DNA of 64,000 bases from positions 54,560,001-54,624,000 of the forward strand of contig OZ024746.1 of the NCBI GenBank assembly GCA_964016885.1, read 5' to 3'. Below the pieces are notes generated by a model. The model was not told the origin of the DNA and did no database searches. It was given only the letters and a program-made list of their open reading frames with translations. Shown here piece after piece: positions 26,390-40,200 of the stretch (its first letter is position 1; every line of letters begins with the position of its first letter). The DNA is from Eledone cirrhosa. Taxonomy: Eukaryota. Position numbers and translations under genes: made by a program.

Positions 26390-28090
26390 TAACTAAAAAA
26401 CAATAGGAACAACAACAACAATACTACAACAGCAATAATAACAGCAGCAACAATAACATCTCACAGCAATTCTACAACAGCAATAACAAGTCAACAACAA
26501 CAATACTACAACAACAATAACAACTCAACAACAACAATACTACAACAGCAATAATAACAACTCAACAACAACAATACTACAACAGCAATAATAACAACTC
26601 AACAACAACAATACTAAAACAAAAATAACAACTCAACAACAACAATACTAAAACAAAAATAACAACTCAACAACAACAAAACCACAACAGCAACACTAAC
26701 CACTCAACAACAACAATACTACAGCAGCAACACTAACAACTCAACAACAACAATACTAAAACAACAATAACAACTCAACGACAACAATACCACAGCAGCA
26801 ACAATGATAACTCAACAACAATACCCCAACAGCAACAATAACAACTCAACAACAACAATACCACAGCAGCAACAATAACAACTCAACAACAACAATACTA
26901 AAACAACAATAACAACTCAACAACAACAATACTACAGCAGCAACACTAACAACTCAACAACAACAATACTAAAACAACAATAACAACTCAACAACAACAA
27001 TACTACAACAGCAACACTAACAACTCAACAACAACAATACTAAAACAAAAAATAACAACTCAACAACAATAATACTACAACAGCAATAATAACAACTCAA
27101 CAACAACAATACTAAAACAAAAATAACAACTCAACAACAACACTACAGCAGCAACACTAACAACTCAACAACAACAATACTAAAACAACAATAACAACTC
27201 AACAACAACAATACTACAACAGCAACAATAACAACTCAACAACAACAATACTACAACAGCAACACTAACAACTCAACAACAACAATACTACAACAACAAT
27301 AACAACTCAACAACAACAATACTACAGCAGCAACAATAACAACTCAACAACAACAATACAACAACAACAACAATAACAACTCAACAACAACAATACCACA
27401 GCAGCAACAATAACAACTCAACAACAACAATACCACAGCAGCAACAATAACAACTCAACAACAATACCACAACAACAACAATAACAACTCAACGACAACA
27501 ATACCACAGCAGCAACAATAACAACTCAACAACAATACCCCAACAGCAACAATAACAACTCAACAACAACAATACCACAGCAGCAACAATAACAACTCAA
27601 CAACAATACCACACCAGCAACAATAACAACTCAATAACAACAATACCACAGCAGCAACAATAAAAACTCAACAACAATACCCCAACAGCAACAATAACAA
27701 CTCAACAACAACAATACCACAGCAGCAACAATAACAACTCAACAACAATACCACACCAGCAACAATAACAACTCAATAACAACAATACCACAGCAGCAAC
27801 AATAAAAACTCAACAACAATACCCCAACAGCAACAATAACAACTCAACAACAACAATACCACAGCAGCAACAATAACAACTCAACAACAATACCACACCA
27901 GCAACAATAACAACTCAATAACAACAATACCACAGCAGCAACAATAAAAACTCAACAACAATACCACAACAGCAACAATAACAACTCAACAACAACAATA
28001 CCCCAGCAGCAACAATAACAACTCAACAACAATACCACATCAGCAACAATAACAACTCAACAACAACAATACCACAGCAGCAACAGCACA
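26390..28090. repeat. (CAA)-derived 30-36 bp minisatellite
   Basis: Unit aactcaacaacaacaatacYacagcagcaacaataac, roughly 45-50 copies, with a higher-order 3-unit block repeated near 27.5-28.0 kb. Confidence 0.9.
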
Positions 28091-28321
28091 TCAGCAGAAA
28101 CGCAACAAGCACTTCACAACAAAAACAACAGAATATGCATAGCAACATAACAGACGCACATGTAACAATACAACTAAAGTACAACACAACAAAAACATCA
28201 ATTCATCAACAAACGAAATAAGAACAATAACAGCAACAACAACAACAACGACGACAGCTGCAACAGTAAGGGCAACAACAACCATACCCCATTAACAGCT
28301 ACAGAAACAACATCATAAAAT

Positions 28322-28667
28322 AAAAGGCATCTCCCTACTCACTACCATCCGCAGGGCGGGCGCTGGCTACCTACATGTGTTAGCCTCGTGAGCTGGAGTG
28401 GCTCTCCCAGCGCGTATCCTCTCCTTACTCACCACCATTGGCACAGCTTTGGCTACCCACATATGTGAGCCTAACGAGCTGGAATAGGTTTCCCAGTGTG
28501 TCTCCCTCACCGTCCTCCGGGGAAACGCCTTCTCTATGTTGTGTGTGCGCCGGGGCCGAAGCGCGGCCAGCGCGTGGGGCCCCATTTGCTCATAATAGTG
28601 AGAAATGAGAAGAAAGGTGGAGACGGAAGCAGTGACTGGGTGTTTGGTTCCATTGTGTTTGGACCTG

Positions 28668-28670
<3 letters not shown>
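28322..28670 (+). mobile_element. CRE-like (restriction-like endonuclease) LINE, 3' fragment
   Basis: GC-rich island reading ELEWLSQRVS and, in a second diverged copy, ELE*VSQCVSLTVLRGNA, similar to the QRxSxxxxRGNA C-terminus of CRE-clade elements; ends in (TA)n. Confidence 0.6.
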
Positions 28671-28711
<41 letters not shown>

Positions 28712-29199
28712 ATACTTTGGGAGGGTTATGTTGCCAATAAGAAACACACGCACCAGTTGTTTCACTTCAATTTATTATAATAAATTTATAAATTTATAAA
28801 TTTCTGGTTGGTTGGTTGGTTCCACAACCAGATAGTTGTTTATATATAATCATAGTTCTTTCGTCACACACTCTGTGACCTCTTCAGTGACTGGGGATTC
28901 CTTTCTTTGTTTCTGTGCCTCTCCTTTGTTCTGTCCTACGCCATTTTGTTTCTGTGTGTGTGTTGTGTGCTCAGTCTGCGCATGCGCCACATCCGGGTGT
29001 CTGTGTGTGTTTATGTTCATTTATTTATTTGTTTATTTACATGTTACTGGTTGGTTGTTTGTTCTATGTGTGTGTGTGTTTTCATTTTGTCCTTAATTGT
29101 AAGTTGTGATGTTGCTGTTCCACTCATATTTTCTATTTAATTTTGGTTGTAATTCTTTTATGTTTATTGCCTCTGTAATTTGTCTAAACATTGCGTCTT

Positions 29200-30548
29200 T
29201 TCTGTGTGTAGATACTATTTTTATTTATATGTTCTCTAATTTACCCCTGTGTTCTATTTTAGCATGTTGGTAGAGTACAGATGATTCTTTACTATCTTGA
29301 AGGTCTCGCCAGTGTTCAATTATCCGTTCCCCTACACTACGAGCTGTCTCACCTAAGTACACTATATTTTTGTCTCTACATTGTCCTTTCAGTACATCTT
29401 ATGCTATACACTACATTTCTAGTTTTGCGGTTAATATGGGGGCTTATTTTACAGGTTATACATTTCTTATCTATACATGAGGGTCTTTGGAAAGGGTATG
29501 TCTTGCTAATAAGTGTTTTTACGGAGGTACCTGGTCTTTCAACTATCTTAATATTGAGTTTATGTTTATTTAGGGTCCTTCTAAATTTGTAAGCTAATTC
29601 ACCTCTAGGGGTTGTATCGATGAACATTACACTCTGGTATTTATTGCTATCATACCATGAGTTTATTCTATTAGCCTTATTCCTAGTTCTTTCTATTCTA
29701 TTCTAAAATTTGCTCCTATACAAGGGGCAGGTCCCATTTATGTCATTATTTACCATTTTTTCCCATTTAGTTCTGGCTCCTCTATACACTCTGATTTTAT
29801 CTCTCTGATTGTAGCCAGAGAACTGCATACGGTGGATGAAGTGTTGTATGTGTCTCTCTAGTTCTTCGGGGGTGCACATGCGGGACACGTTTCTATCGAT
29901 GGTTGGGGTGTTTACTTGGGCAGTCTATAGTAACTATAATACTCTGGTGGATGGAGTTAGCTATTTGCTGGATGCTTTCCATTGTGTTTTTCTCTAGTTC
30001 CTGACTGTTCTCTAGTGGGGGTGTCTTAACTACGATGTTTATATCATCAACGTAGCGGGAGTACATTATCAGGGTTAAGGGGTCTTCTAATTGTTCTTTA
30101 AGTTTAAGTTTAAGTCTACTATCCCACCATACCATGAATAAGTTAGCTATGTCGCCTGCAATGCTAACACCAATGGCTGCTCCTTCCTCTTGGGCATATG
30201 TTTTTCCATTAAATTTGAACATATGTTCCTTAAGGGTTAGTTTTATGCTGGCCCCTACCGCATGTGCAATCATTTTCTTCAGTTCATCGTGGTTTTCGGG
30301 TGTCCGTATGGCTCTGGTCCACCCGTTCCATCTATCTGTGTGGGTTTTCTTGGCCATTGAGGTAATGGTAGGTGGTCTGCCTCTTGCCGGTCTTGTAGGG
30401 CACAGGTTGCTATGGTCATATGTGTCTAGGTAATTATTACTATAGGTAAGTTTAAGTAGGAGTCCCAGCTCACTGGTATCAATCCCACGGAACTCAACAT
30501 TGCTCTCACTGATCATTTCTACGCATTTCTCCACAGCAAAATCCACGT

Positions 30549-30551
<3 letters not shown>
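29200..30551 (-). pseudogene. PLE RT (motifs 4-5 onward) + C-terminal GIY-YIG, frameshifted
   Basis: YAQEEGAAIGVSIAGDIANLFM, YSRYVDD, RMQFSGY, CIDKKCITC...NVVYSIRC and a frameshifted YLGETARS. Confidence 0.88.
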
Positions 30552-30586
<35 letters not shown>

Positions 30587-30702
30587 AGATCAAAAGATGG
30601 TTAAAGGAGTTCCATGTATTTTATTATGCGCATTTCAAAAACAAACATCATCATGCAATAATATTTGTGTTTTCTCCTACATATATATATATATATATAT
30701 AT

Positions 30703-31633
30703 CTGTGCGAAATTCCTTCATTGCTCACATTTCAACCAGGTTTAATGGTCTTTATTCTCTCGTTCACGATTTCACCGAATTTAAATTCATAGAAATCTGG
30801 GATTTGTCTCTTTCTTCCTCACTTTCTGTTGCTTCACCATTTTGTTTGTTTATCCTCGCGTCCCCTTTATTTACGTGTCCCAACGACTTTCTTAGCTGTT
30901 GCTCGCACCAACCGGAGGTATATGGTCTTTAAAGCGATGAAATGCCTATGGTGGTTGGAAGATCACTGATGAAGGACAACCTTTTTTCATATGTAACCCA
31001 TTTGCAACTCCGTAGCGCTCTTATTATCATATTTATATATATTTTTTCCTCTGCTGCTACCCGTCTGTTTCGTTCTATGTATCTTTACCCTTTCTAGCAG
31101 TCTCTCTCTCTGTTAGCCTTTTCCTCACACTTCACTCACTCATTCTCTGTCACTACCTCTCCTCCTCCTCTTTCTTCCCGTTTAACCTGTGTGTAATTCT
31201 TTTCTCGCGCACGCTGGCCAAGCTGGTATGAATTTTTTTTCTCTCTCTCGTCTACGATTTCACAGAACTTATGTTTACCGAATTCGCAGACCAGACCCCT
31301 TCTTCCTCCCGTTAGACATGTGCGAAATTCCTTCCTTGCTCACATTTCAACCAGGTTTGATGGTCTTTATTCTCTCGTTCACGATTTCACCGAATTTAAA
31401 TTCATAGAAATCTGGGACTTGTCTCTTTCTTCCTCACTTTCTGTTGCTTCACCATTTTGTTTGTTTACCCTCGCGTCCCCTTTATTTACGTGTCCCAGCG
31501 ACTTTTTTTAGCCGTTGTTCGCACCAACCGGAGGTATATGGTCTTTAAAGCGATGAAATGCCTATGATGGTTGGAAGATCACTGATCACTTTTTTCATAT
31601 GTAACCCATTTGCAAATCCGCAGCGCCCTTATT

Positions 31634-31640
<7 letters not shown>
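30703..31640 (+). mobile_element. Non-coding family X-related unit, ~1.5 tandem monomers (period ~617 bp)
   Basis: 30703-31030 is repeated at 31320-31640; ctgatgaagg remnant at 30966; shares the gctcgcac..aggtat..gtctttaa.gcg motif. Confidence 0.75.
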
Positions 31641-31691
<51 letters not shown>

Positions 31692-31699
<8 letters not shown>

Positions 31700-32247
31700 G
31701 AGAAGAAAGAAGAAAACTGCGTGGTTTGCACATGGGTTACATATGATAAAAATAGTCCTTCGTCAGAGATTTTCCAACTATCATTGGTATTTCATCGCAT
31801 TAAAAATCAGATACTTCAGGTTAGTGCGAGCAATAATTAAAAACAGTTATTGGGACCAGAATTCCCGTAAGGCGAGAGGGGCAAGTAAACAACATAGAAG
31901 GATAAAAGCAAACCGAAGATAGGAAAATTAACAAGCAAGATGGTTGTCCGGTCAGCAAAAACTGGGTGGATTTCATGAGCGAGAGAGGTACAGACCGTGT
32001 TGATGTGTGTGAGATGTGAGCAAGAAGAGACCCACGCAAGCCAAACGGGAGGAAGTGAGAAGGGGAGAAACAGAGAGTGAGTGAGTGGAAGTGTGAGGAA
32101 GAGGTCAGTCGAGAGAAAGTGTAACTGACAGAGGGGCGAAAGAAGGTGAGAGAAACAGAGAGAGCGGGGAAGCAGTAAGAGAGAAACAGACAAACGCAGC
32201 CGAGGTAAATATATATAAAAAACATGAGAAGAAAGAAGAATACTGCG
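31692..32247 (-). mobile_element. Non-coding family X-related monomer (~525 bp, terminally redundant)
   Basis: aaaacatgagaagaaagaagaa..ctgcgt at both ends; reverse complement has ctgacgaaggac and gctcgcactaacctgaagtatctg. Confidence 0.72.
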
Positions 32248-32551
32248 TAAACATTGCGACAAATCACAGAGGCAATAAACATAAAAAGAATTACAACCCA
32301 AATTAAATAGAAAACATGAGTGGAACAGCAACATCACAACTTACAATTAAGGACAAAATGAAAACACACACGCACATAGAACAAACAACCAACCAGTAAC
32401 ATGTAAATAAACAAATAAATAAACGAATATAAACACACACAGACACCCGGATGTGGCGCATGCGCAGACTGAGCACACAACACACACACAGAAACAAGAT
32501 GGCGTAGGACAGAACAAAGGAGAGGCACAAAAACAAAGAAAAGAATCCCCA

Positions 32552-32594
32552 GTCACTGAAGAGGTCACATAATGTGTGACGAAAGAACTTTGAC
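32552..32594 (+). ncRNA. Minimal hammerhead ribozyme motif in pLTR (mirror copy at 28850-28891, minus)
   Basis: GUCA-CUGAAGA-g-GUCAC..GUGAC-GAAA-gaa-CUU-UGAC. Confidence 0.65.
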
Positions 32595-32800
32595 AATATA
32601 TAAACAACTATCTGGTTGTGGAACCAACCAACCAACCGGAAATTTATAAATTCCTAAATTTATAAATTTATTATAATAAATTGAAGTGAACGTTTGGTGC
32701 GTGTGTTTCTTATTGGCAACATGACCCTCCCAACGTATAACAATATCGGTTTCAACACACGTTTTCAGATAAAGAATGTTGCTAAACAAATTCAGAAACG

Positions 32801-32859
<59 letters not shown>

Positions 32860-33199
32860 TACCAGAGCACATTAATACTTCACATATACTTCAATATAAA
32901 ATTAATGTGTAAGCACAACAATATCAAACAATACAACAACAGCAGCAACCACAACAACAGCAGCAACGACAACAACAACAGCAGCCACAACAACAACATT
33001 GCTTGACTAGTGCGATATATCTTCAACTGTCAACCAGTTATTTAATAGTATTATAGTGAAGGGGGGGGGGGGGGCGAAAAATAATCGATTTACGAACCAT
33101 AGTCCTGGATTAATATTTACTAACCGTACACGTGGACATTCCACGGTTGTTGACAATTACAACACCATAGTTACACTGACATATGGCCGCCAGAGTGAG

Positions 33200-34470
33200 G
33201 GTGGTGCTGGTCGAGGTGATGGTGATGGTGTTGGTGTTGATAGTGATAGTGGTGTTGATGGTATTAGTGGTTGTGGTGATAATGGTATTGTTGACGATAG
33301 TGGTAGTGGTGATGATGGTATTAGTGGTTGTGGTGGTGATGGTGTTGTTGATGTTATTGGTGGTGGTGTTGATGGTAGCAATGGCAGTGATGGTGATGGT
33401 ATTGGTGTTGATGATGATATTGGTGGTGGTGTTGATGGTATTAGTGGTAGTGGTGGTGATGGTATTGTTGATGATATTGGTGGTGGTGTTGATGGTATTA
33501 GTGGTAGTGGTGGTGATGGTATTGTTGATGATATTGGTGGTGGTGTTGATGGTATTATTGGTTGTGGTGATGATGGTATTGTTGATGATATTGGTGGTGG
33601 TGTTGATGGTATTATTGGTTGTGGTGATGATGGTATTGTTGATGATATTGGTGGTGGTGTTGATGGTATTAGTGGTTGTGGTGATGATGGTGTTGTTGAT
33701 GATATTGGTGGTGGTGTGGATGGTATTAGTGGTTGTGGTGATGATGGTGTTGTTGATGATATTGGTGGTGGTGTTGATGGTATTAGTGGTTGTGGTGTTG
33801 ATGGTATTGTTGATGATATTGGTGGTGGTGTTGATGGTATTAGTGGTTGTGGTGATGATGGTGTTGTTGATGATATTGGTGGTGGTGTTGATGGTATTGT
33901 TGATGATATTGGTGGTGGTGTTGATGGTATTGTTGATGATATTGGTGGTGGTGTGGATGGTATTGTTGATGATATTGGTGGTGGTGTTGATGGTATTATT
34001 GGTAGTGGTGTTGATGGTATTGTTGATGATATTGGTGGTGGTGTTGATGGTATTATTGGTTGTGGTGTGGATGGTATTAGTGGTAGTGATGTTGATGGTA
34101 TTGTTGATGATATTGGTGGTGGTGTTGATGGTATTAGTGGTTGTGGTGATAATGGTGTTGTTGATGATATTGGTGGTGGTGTTGATGGTATTAGTGGTTG
34201 TGGTGATAACGGTATTGTTGTTGATATTGGTGGTGATGATATTGGTGTTAATGATGATATTGTTGGTGGTGGGGGTGGTATTAGTGGTTGTGATGATTAT
34301 GGTATTGTTCATGATATTGGTGGTTATGATGATGTTGATAGTGATGGTAGTGATGATGGTCTTGGTGGAGTTAGCAATGGTTGCGAAGGTAGTAATAATG
34401 GTGTTGCCGGTAGAGATGGTAATGATGATGATGGTACTAGTTGTGATGGTGTTGATGATGACGTTGGTGG

Positions 34471-34502
<32 letters not shown>

Positions 34503-34685
34503 GTGATGGTAGTAGTTGTGATGATGATGATGATGATGATGATGGTGGTAGTAGTGATGGTATTAGTGCTGAGGATGCCGATGGTGATGACGACGATGAT
34601 GATGCTAGTAATTGTGATGGCGTTGGTGGTGATGATGATGATGATGATGATGATAACGATCATGATGATGATGATGATCATCATC
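33200..34685. repeat. GGT/GAT-rich ~60-bp minisatellite grading into (GAT)n
   Basis: Unit gatgatattggtggtggtgttgatggtattagtggttgtggtgatgatggtRttgtt. Confidence 0.9.
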
Positions 34686-34871
34686 AACATCCTTCCCCTC
34701 CTCCTCATTATCATTGAAGTGGTGTTGCTGGTAGTGTTGTTGTTAGAGACAGTAGTGGCGCTGTAATGGTGGTAATGGCAAATATATTTATGTAATGATA
34801 GTAAAATTGGTATTGGTGGTAATTGCTGTTATGCTCTTCAGAGATGTAGTAATAGTGGTGGCAATCGTAGT

Positions 34872-35250
34872 AATAATTGTTTCTACTTTTGGCACAAGGC
34901 CAGCAATTACCCAGTGCATTACTGGTACTTTATTTTATCGACCCCGTAAGGATGAAAGGCAAAGTTAACCTGGACGGGATTTGAACTCAAACCGTAAAGG
35001 GACGTAACTATGCTGGAAACATGGCGTCTGACCCTCTACCGATACTGCCAAACCACCGCCCTAATAATTTTTCTACTTTAGGCACAAGGCCAGCAATTAC
35101 CCGGGCATTACTGGTACTTTATTTTATCGACCCCGTAAGGATTGAAGACAAAGCTAGCCTCTGCGGGATTTGAACTCAGATCATAAAGGGCAGCAACTCT
35201 ATGCTGCAAAGCATGGCGTCCGACCCTCTACCGATACTGCCAATCCACCG
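34872..35250 (-). mobile_element. Two tandem SINE family A copies
   Basis: Full copies at ~34872-35062 and ~35063-35250. Confidence 0.9.
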
Positions 35251-35769
35251 GAGGATAATAATAAATGTGGTTAGGATGGCGGTGGTGCTAATGGTACCAG
35301 TGGTAGTAGTGGTGTCAAGATGTGGTTTGTGTCGAGGCACTAGTTAATGCTGGTTATGGAAGCAGTAATGATTATATAGAGTAGCTGTAGTCATGGGGTT
35401 TGTTGGAGTAACGATGATGATTAGTTTTAGTTACGATGTTATAACTGTAATGATGATAGTAGTGGTGATTGTGTTGATAATGTTGATAGTGGAGATTAGT
35501 GTTATGTTGTTATTAGTTGTAGTGGTACTGATGATAATCTGCTAATGATATTGATCATGATGATCATGGTGCTGATGGAATGGGTCGAGGAGAAGATATC
35601 TGACGATATAGGTATCAAGTGGAGTTCTAATCAAGAAAAGGTCAAAGAAATAACAGCGTCGCGGCTTGGCGAAAGGTCATCATGGCGGTCAGATGCAATA
35701 TGGAAGTAAAGATGGTAACACTTTAAGATATGTATTATGTTAGTAGAAAGAATTCTATAGGAAGAAGTG

Positions 35770-36037
35770 ATATAGAGAAAAAGAGAGCGAGTGAGAAAGA
35801 GAGAGGGAGAGAGATAGAGACTGAGGTAGATAGACTGATATACGTATATATATATATATAGAGAGAGAGAGAAAAAGAGAGCGAGGGAGAAAGAGAGAGG
35901 GAGAGAGATAGAGACTGAGGTAGATAGACTGATATACGTATATATATATATAGAGAGAGAGAGAGAAAAAGAGAGCGAGGGAGAAAGAGAGAGGGAGAGA
36001 CATAGAGACTGAGGTAGATACACTGATATACGTATAT

Positions 36038-36045
<8 letters not shown>
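35770..36045. repeat. ~95-bp GA-rich tandem repeat, 3 copies
   Basis: gagaaaaagagagcgag...gagactgaggtagatagactgatatacgta. Confidence 0.8.
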
Positions 36046-36086
<41 letters not shown>

Positions 36087-36410
36087 AGTAAAAACATACT
36101 TATATATATATATTTGTAGTATGGTTGCTTGGTGGTTGCGTGGTCAGTGGGCAGATTTCAATGGTCAAGCACAAAGATGACGTCACGGATTATCGACCAA
36201 TGAAACCGCCGGGCAAACAGGTTGATGGCAGATGATAGAAATTCGAAGGGTCGGAGTCCAGCAGAAAGAGAATTTGCTTCGAAATCACTAGACGTATCTG
36301 AGGAACTCTCGAGTCAGGTTCGATCCTCAAACAGATCTCACCTCGAGCACCGGCCAAATGAGACTTCTGGCTGTTCGCCTTCGAGCTGTTCGCCGGAGAA
36401 ATTATTGTAA

Positions 36411-37361
36411 TCTATATATATAAAACTGTGGTTGTCTGTCTGTCTATCGATTTTTGGCACACATCTCCTCTTAGAATCTCTCACGGAATTGCACCGAAAT
36501 TGCTATACTTGTACATTGAGCCCTAGCGAAGACATCGGAAAAAAAAAATTTCAAATTGACCCACCCTATGTGACGAAATCGAATATAATGTATCGATTTT
36601 TGAGCGTAAGTTATCAGTTATTTCCCTTTGTTCTGTTTACATTGAGCGTCTTACGTAAAAAATTACGCTGGCTTTAACAGTTGTCGAGCCAGCAAAATAT
36701 TGACCTGCAAAATTCATCAGTTCGAACACTAAGCTTCCGTTTTGCTTCATTTCCATTTAAAAGCATTTTAAAACAATATTTTTACTTGAAAACAAGTCTA
36801 TTTAAAGACTACGTAAAACAAGCAAATATTTTGTCGTTAGGCGTGCAGACAGACAGTCGTGCAGACAGACAGTCGTGCAGAGAGGTGATATACGCGTGCA
36901 GACAGACAGTCGTGTAGAGAGGTGATATAGGCGTGCAGACAGACAGTCGTGCAGAGAGGTGATATAGGCGTGCAGACAGACAGTCGTGCAGAGAGGTGAT
37001 ATAGGCGTGCAGACAGACAGTCGTGCAGAGAGGTGATATAGGCGTGCAGACAGACATAACTGATAATTTGGTTACGCTAATGTTTTTCTCTGCGTTGCAG
37101 TGTTTACATTTTCGATCTTTGTTAATAAATAACCAGTGCAGTTTCTATCCCCAGCATCCTCTTTTGTTATAACATTCGGGTTATCATTATGTTTTCTTAA
37201 CTTCATAAGGCATATTGTTGGTTGAGGGAATATTAATCAAAAACACCACATGCAAGTCTGCACAGTAGACACTACAGTTTTTAAGCCAAGAAAGAAACTT
37301 AACATTGTAACTTTAACACAGCTACTGAGCGACCCCGAGCAACGCCGGGCTTTACTGCTAG
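36411..37361 (+). mobile_element. Complete non-autonomous Helitron
   Basis: A|TCTATATATATAAAA...(TGTC)n at the 5' end; 3' hairpin cccgagcaacgccggg then CTAG|T; no target-site duplication. Confidence 0.88.
36838..37057. repeat. 37-bp minisatellite inside the Helitron
   Basis: Unit ggcgtgcagacagacagtcgtgcagagaggtgatata, 5-6 copies. Confidence 0.9.
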
Positions 37362-37427
37362 TACGTAATAAATTGTGTTCCGATGTATCACTGATTCTTC
37401 TTTTTCCATATTATATATATATATATA

Positions 37428-37712
37428 TAAAGTCTAAAGTCTGTCTTAAGCCAGAAGGCTCATTTCGCCGGTGCTTATCCCGGTTTCATGGCGCGAAGCG
37501 ACATAGAGTACAAGACTGCCCCTGGACTGGACGCCAGTCCATCGCAGGGTTAAACCAGCTATTGCTGGTACTCAGTTTCAGCTGAGTAAACTGGAGCAAC
37601 GTGAAATAATGTGTCTCGCTCAAGGAAAAAACACATCACCCGGTCTGAGAATTGAACTCACAACCTTTCGATTGCAAGCCAAATGCTCTAACCACTAAGC
37701 CATGGACCGTCA
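37428..37712 (-). mobile_element. tRNA-derived SINE family B, full length
   Basis: Reverse complement: tggcttagtggttagagc, gagttcaattc, ttccttgagcgagacac, cctgcgatggactggcgtcc (V-domain-like). Confidence 0.85.
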
Positions 37713-37721
37713 CACACACAG

Positions 37722-38322
<601 letters not shown>

Positions 38323-39108
38323 AAATTAGTGAGAATCGTATTTCGGCTTAGGAATTAACGAAAAACAACTTCCGAGATGTGTGGCAAGCGCTCGATGATT
38401 CAGATGAACCAGAGCTACAACATACGTTAAAGGCCAAACACACTGAGACGATGGTTAAACAAACATCCGCACAGCCAAAGAAACGACCAAGTATTTCGGG
38501 TCAAACAATAAAATATATGTGATTGAAAATCTACCCGGATCCCTGGAAGATTGGTAACATCCAGTATTTGGGTTTCTGCGACTTCTAAATCAAGTACTGT
38601 CCGCTTACATAAAAAAAATGTTAGGCTTCTGGTAAGATGATTGAACAAAGGAAGCCACTTTATCAACAGGTTTTAGTTCAATAGCTAATTCAAAGTGTGA
38701 CTATTACTGACCCCACGTGGTGTTCAGCAAGGGGGGCAACACTTATTTTAGGCGAATGAATTCAGTTTTGTATAATATTGCAAGAATGCAAAACATCACA
38801 AATCAAATAAAGCTCTCGACAGAATGGTTAAAGTTAACAATAAGCTTATTCATCAGTCAATAGAATCAACTAAAAATATCAAGAAATTTAACTGGTCAAT
38901 AGCTAGACTCTGGAGATTAATACAAATATAAATTAGCGAGAATCGTATTTCGGTTTAGGAATTAACGAAAAACAACTTCTGAGATGTGTGGCAAGCGCTC
39001 GATGATTCAGATGAACCAGCGCTATAACATACGTTAAAGGCCAAACACATTGAGACGATGGTTAAACAAACATCCGCACAGCCAAAGAAACGACCAAGTA
39101 ATTCGGGT
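38323..39108. repeat. ~607-bp unit with ~180-bp terminal direct repeats
   Basis: aaattagYgagaatcgtatttcgg...ttcgggt at 38323-38501 and 38930-39108. Confidence 0.85.
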
Positions 39109-39111
39109 TGC

Positions 39112-39702
39112 CTACTTTTATTCATATGTTCATGTTCGCAACAACGCAGCAGGCCATTCTTCATTCACATATTTTTTCCCTTCGCTGTGGTTCGTATTTT
39201 TTCTGTCACTTTACTGCTATCACATTTTCTTTCTCCTTCCCCTCTTGCATTCCTCAACTCCCGCTGCTGGTCACTCACTCTCGGCTAGCCCCTTCCTCCC
39301 ACTTTCACTCACTCCCTCTCTGCTTCTCCCCCCCTCTCACTTCCTCCCATCTGACCTGCTTGAATTTCTTTCCTCTCTCAATCTTCTCCCGGCTCGGACG
39401 TGTCTATTTCTCCTCGTCAATTTGATTTGTCGGACTTAAGCCCACAGGATTCATTGACTTGTCTCTATTTTCCTCTCTTTTCGTTGCATACCACCATGTG
39501 TTTGTTTCCTTCCCTCTGTTTTCCCACTGTCCCGATAACTTAATTTAGTTATCGCTCGCACTGATTTTAGGTATCTAGTCTTTAATGCGTCGAAATACCA
39601 ACGATAATCAGCAGACTACTGATGAGAACATTTCACCCCTTGTCTATTTTTATTCATATGTTCATATGTTCGCAACAACTCAACACGCCATTCTTCATTC
39701 AT
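39112..39702 (+). mobile_element. Non-coding family X monomer (~530 bp, terminally redundant)
   Basis: ttttattcatatgttcat..gcaacaac..gccattcttcattca at both ends; actactgatga remnant near 39616; 3' half homologous to 22755-23010. Confidence 0.8.
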
Positions 39703-39752
39703 ATATATATATATATATATGTATGTGTATATTTGTGTGTATGTGCGTGTAA

Positions 39753-39790
<38 letters not shown>

Positions 39791-39947
39791 TTACACGCAC
39801 ATACACACAAATATACACATACATACACGCACACACACCACTCATACACACGCACATATATATATATATATATGTATGTGTTTGTTTGTACACGCACTCA
39901 CACATATGTATATATTTATGTATGTTCGCACGTACACATATATTTAT

Positions 39948-40019
<72 letters not shown>

Positions 40020-40200
40020 ATAAATATAGGTGTACGTGTATGAACATACATACATATATACGTATGTGTGAGTGCGTGTACAAACAAACACATACATATA
40101 TATATATAAATTCTAATTTTGTCCAGAAATAGCCGTCGAAACGGCTTGAGCTCTGCCATCGGGGTCTTGAACAATTTCCTATATATATATATATATATAG

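Larger units (their letters stand above)
28703..32745. mobile_element. PLE insertion 1: outward-facing inverted pLTRs (28703-29185 and 32258-32745) around a 5'-truncated RT-GIY-YIG body and nested elements
   Basis: ~480-bp inverted arms, each carrying an HHR motif; coding remnant on the minus strand. Confidence 0.88.

Noticed and set aside
33056-34766. 553-aa Gly/Asp-rich ORF and overlapping 527-aa and 534-aa ORFs
   Set aside because: A triplet-based minisatellite is open in three frames on both strands. There is no credible start, signal peptide or synonymous-site pattern, so it is treated as non-coding.
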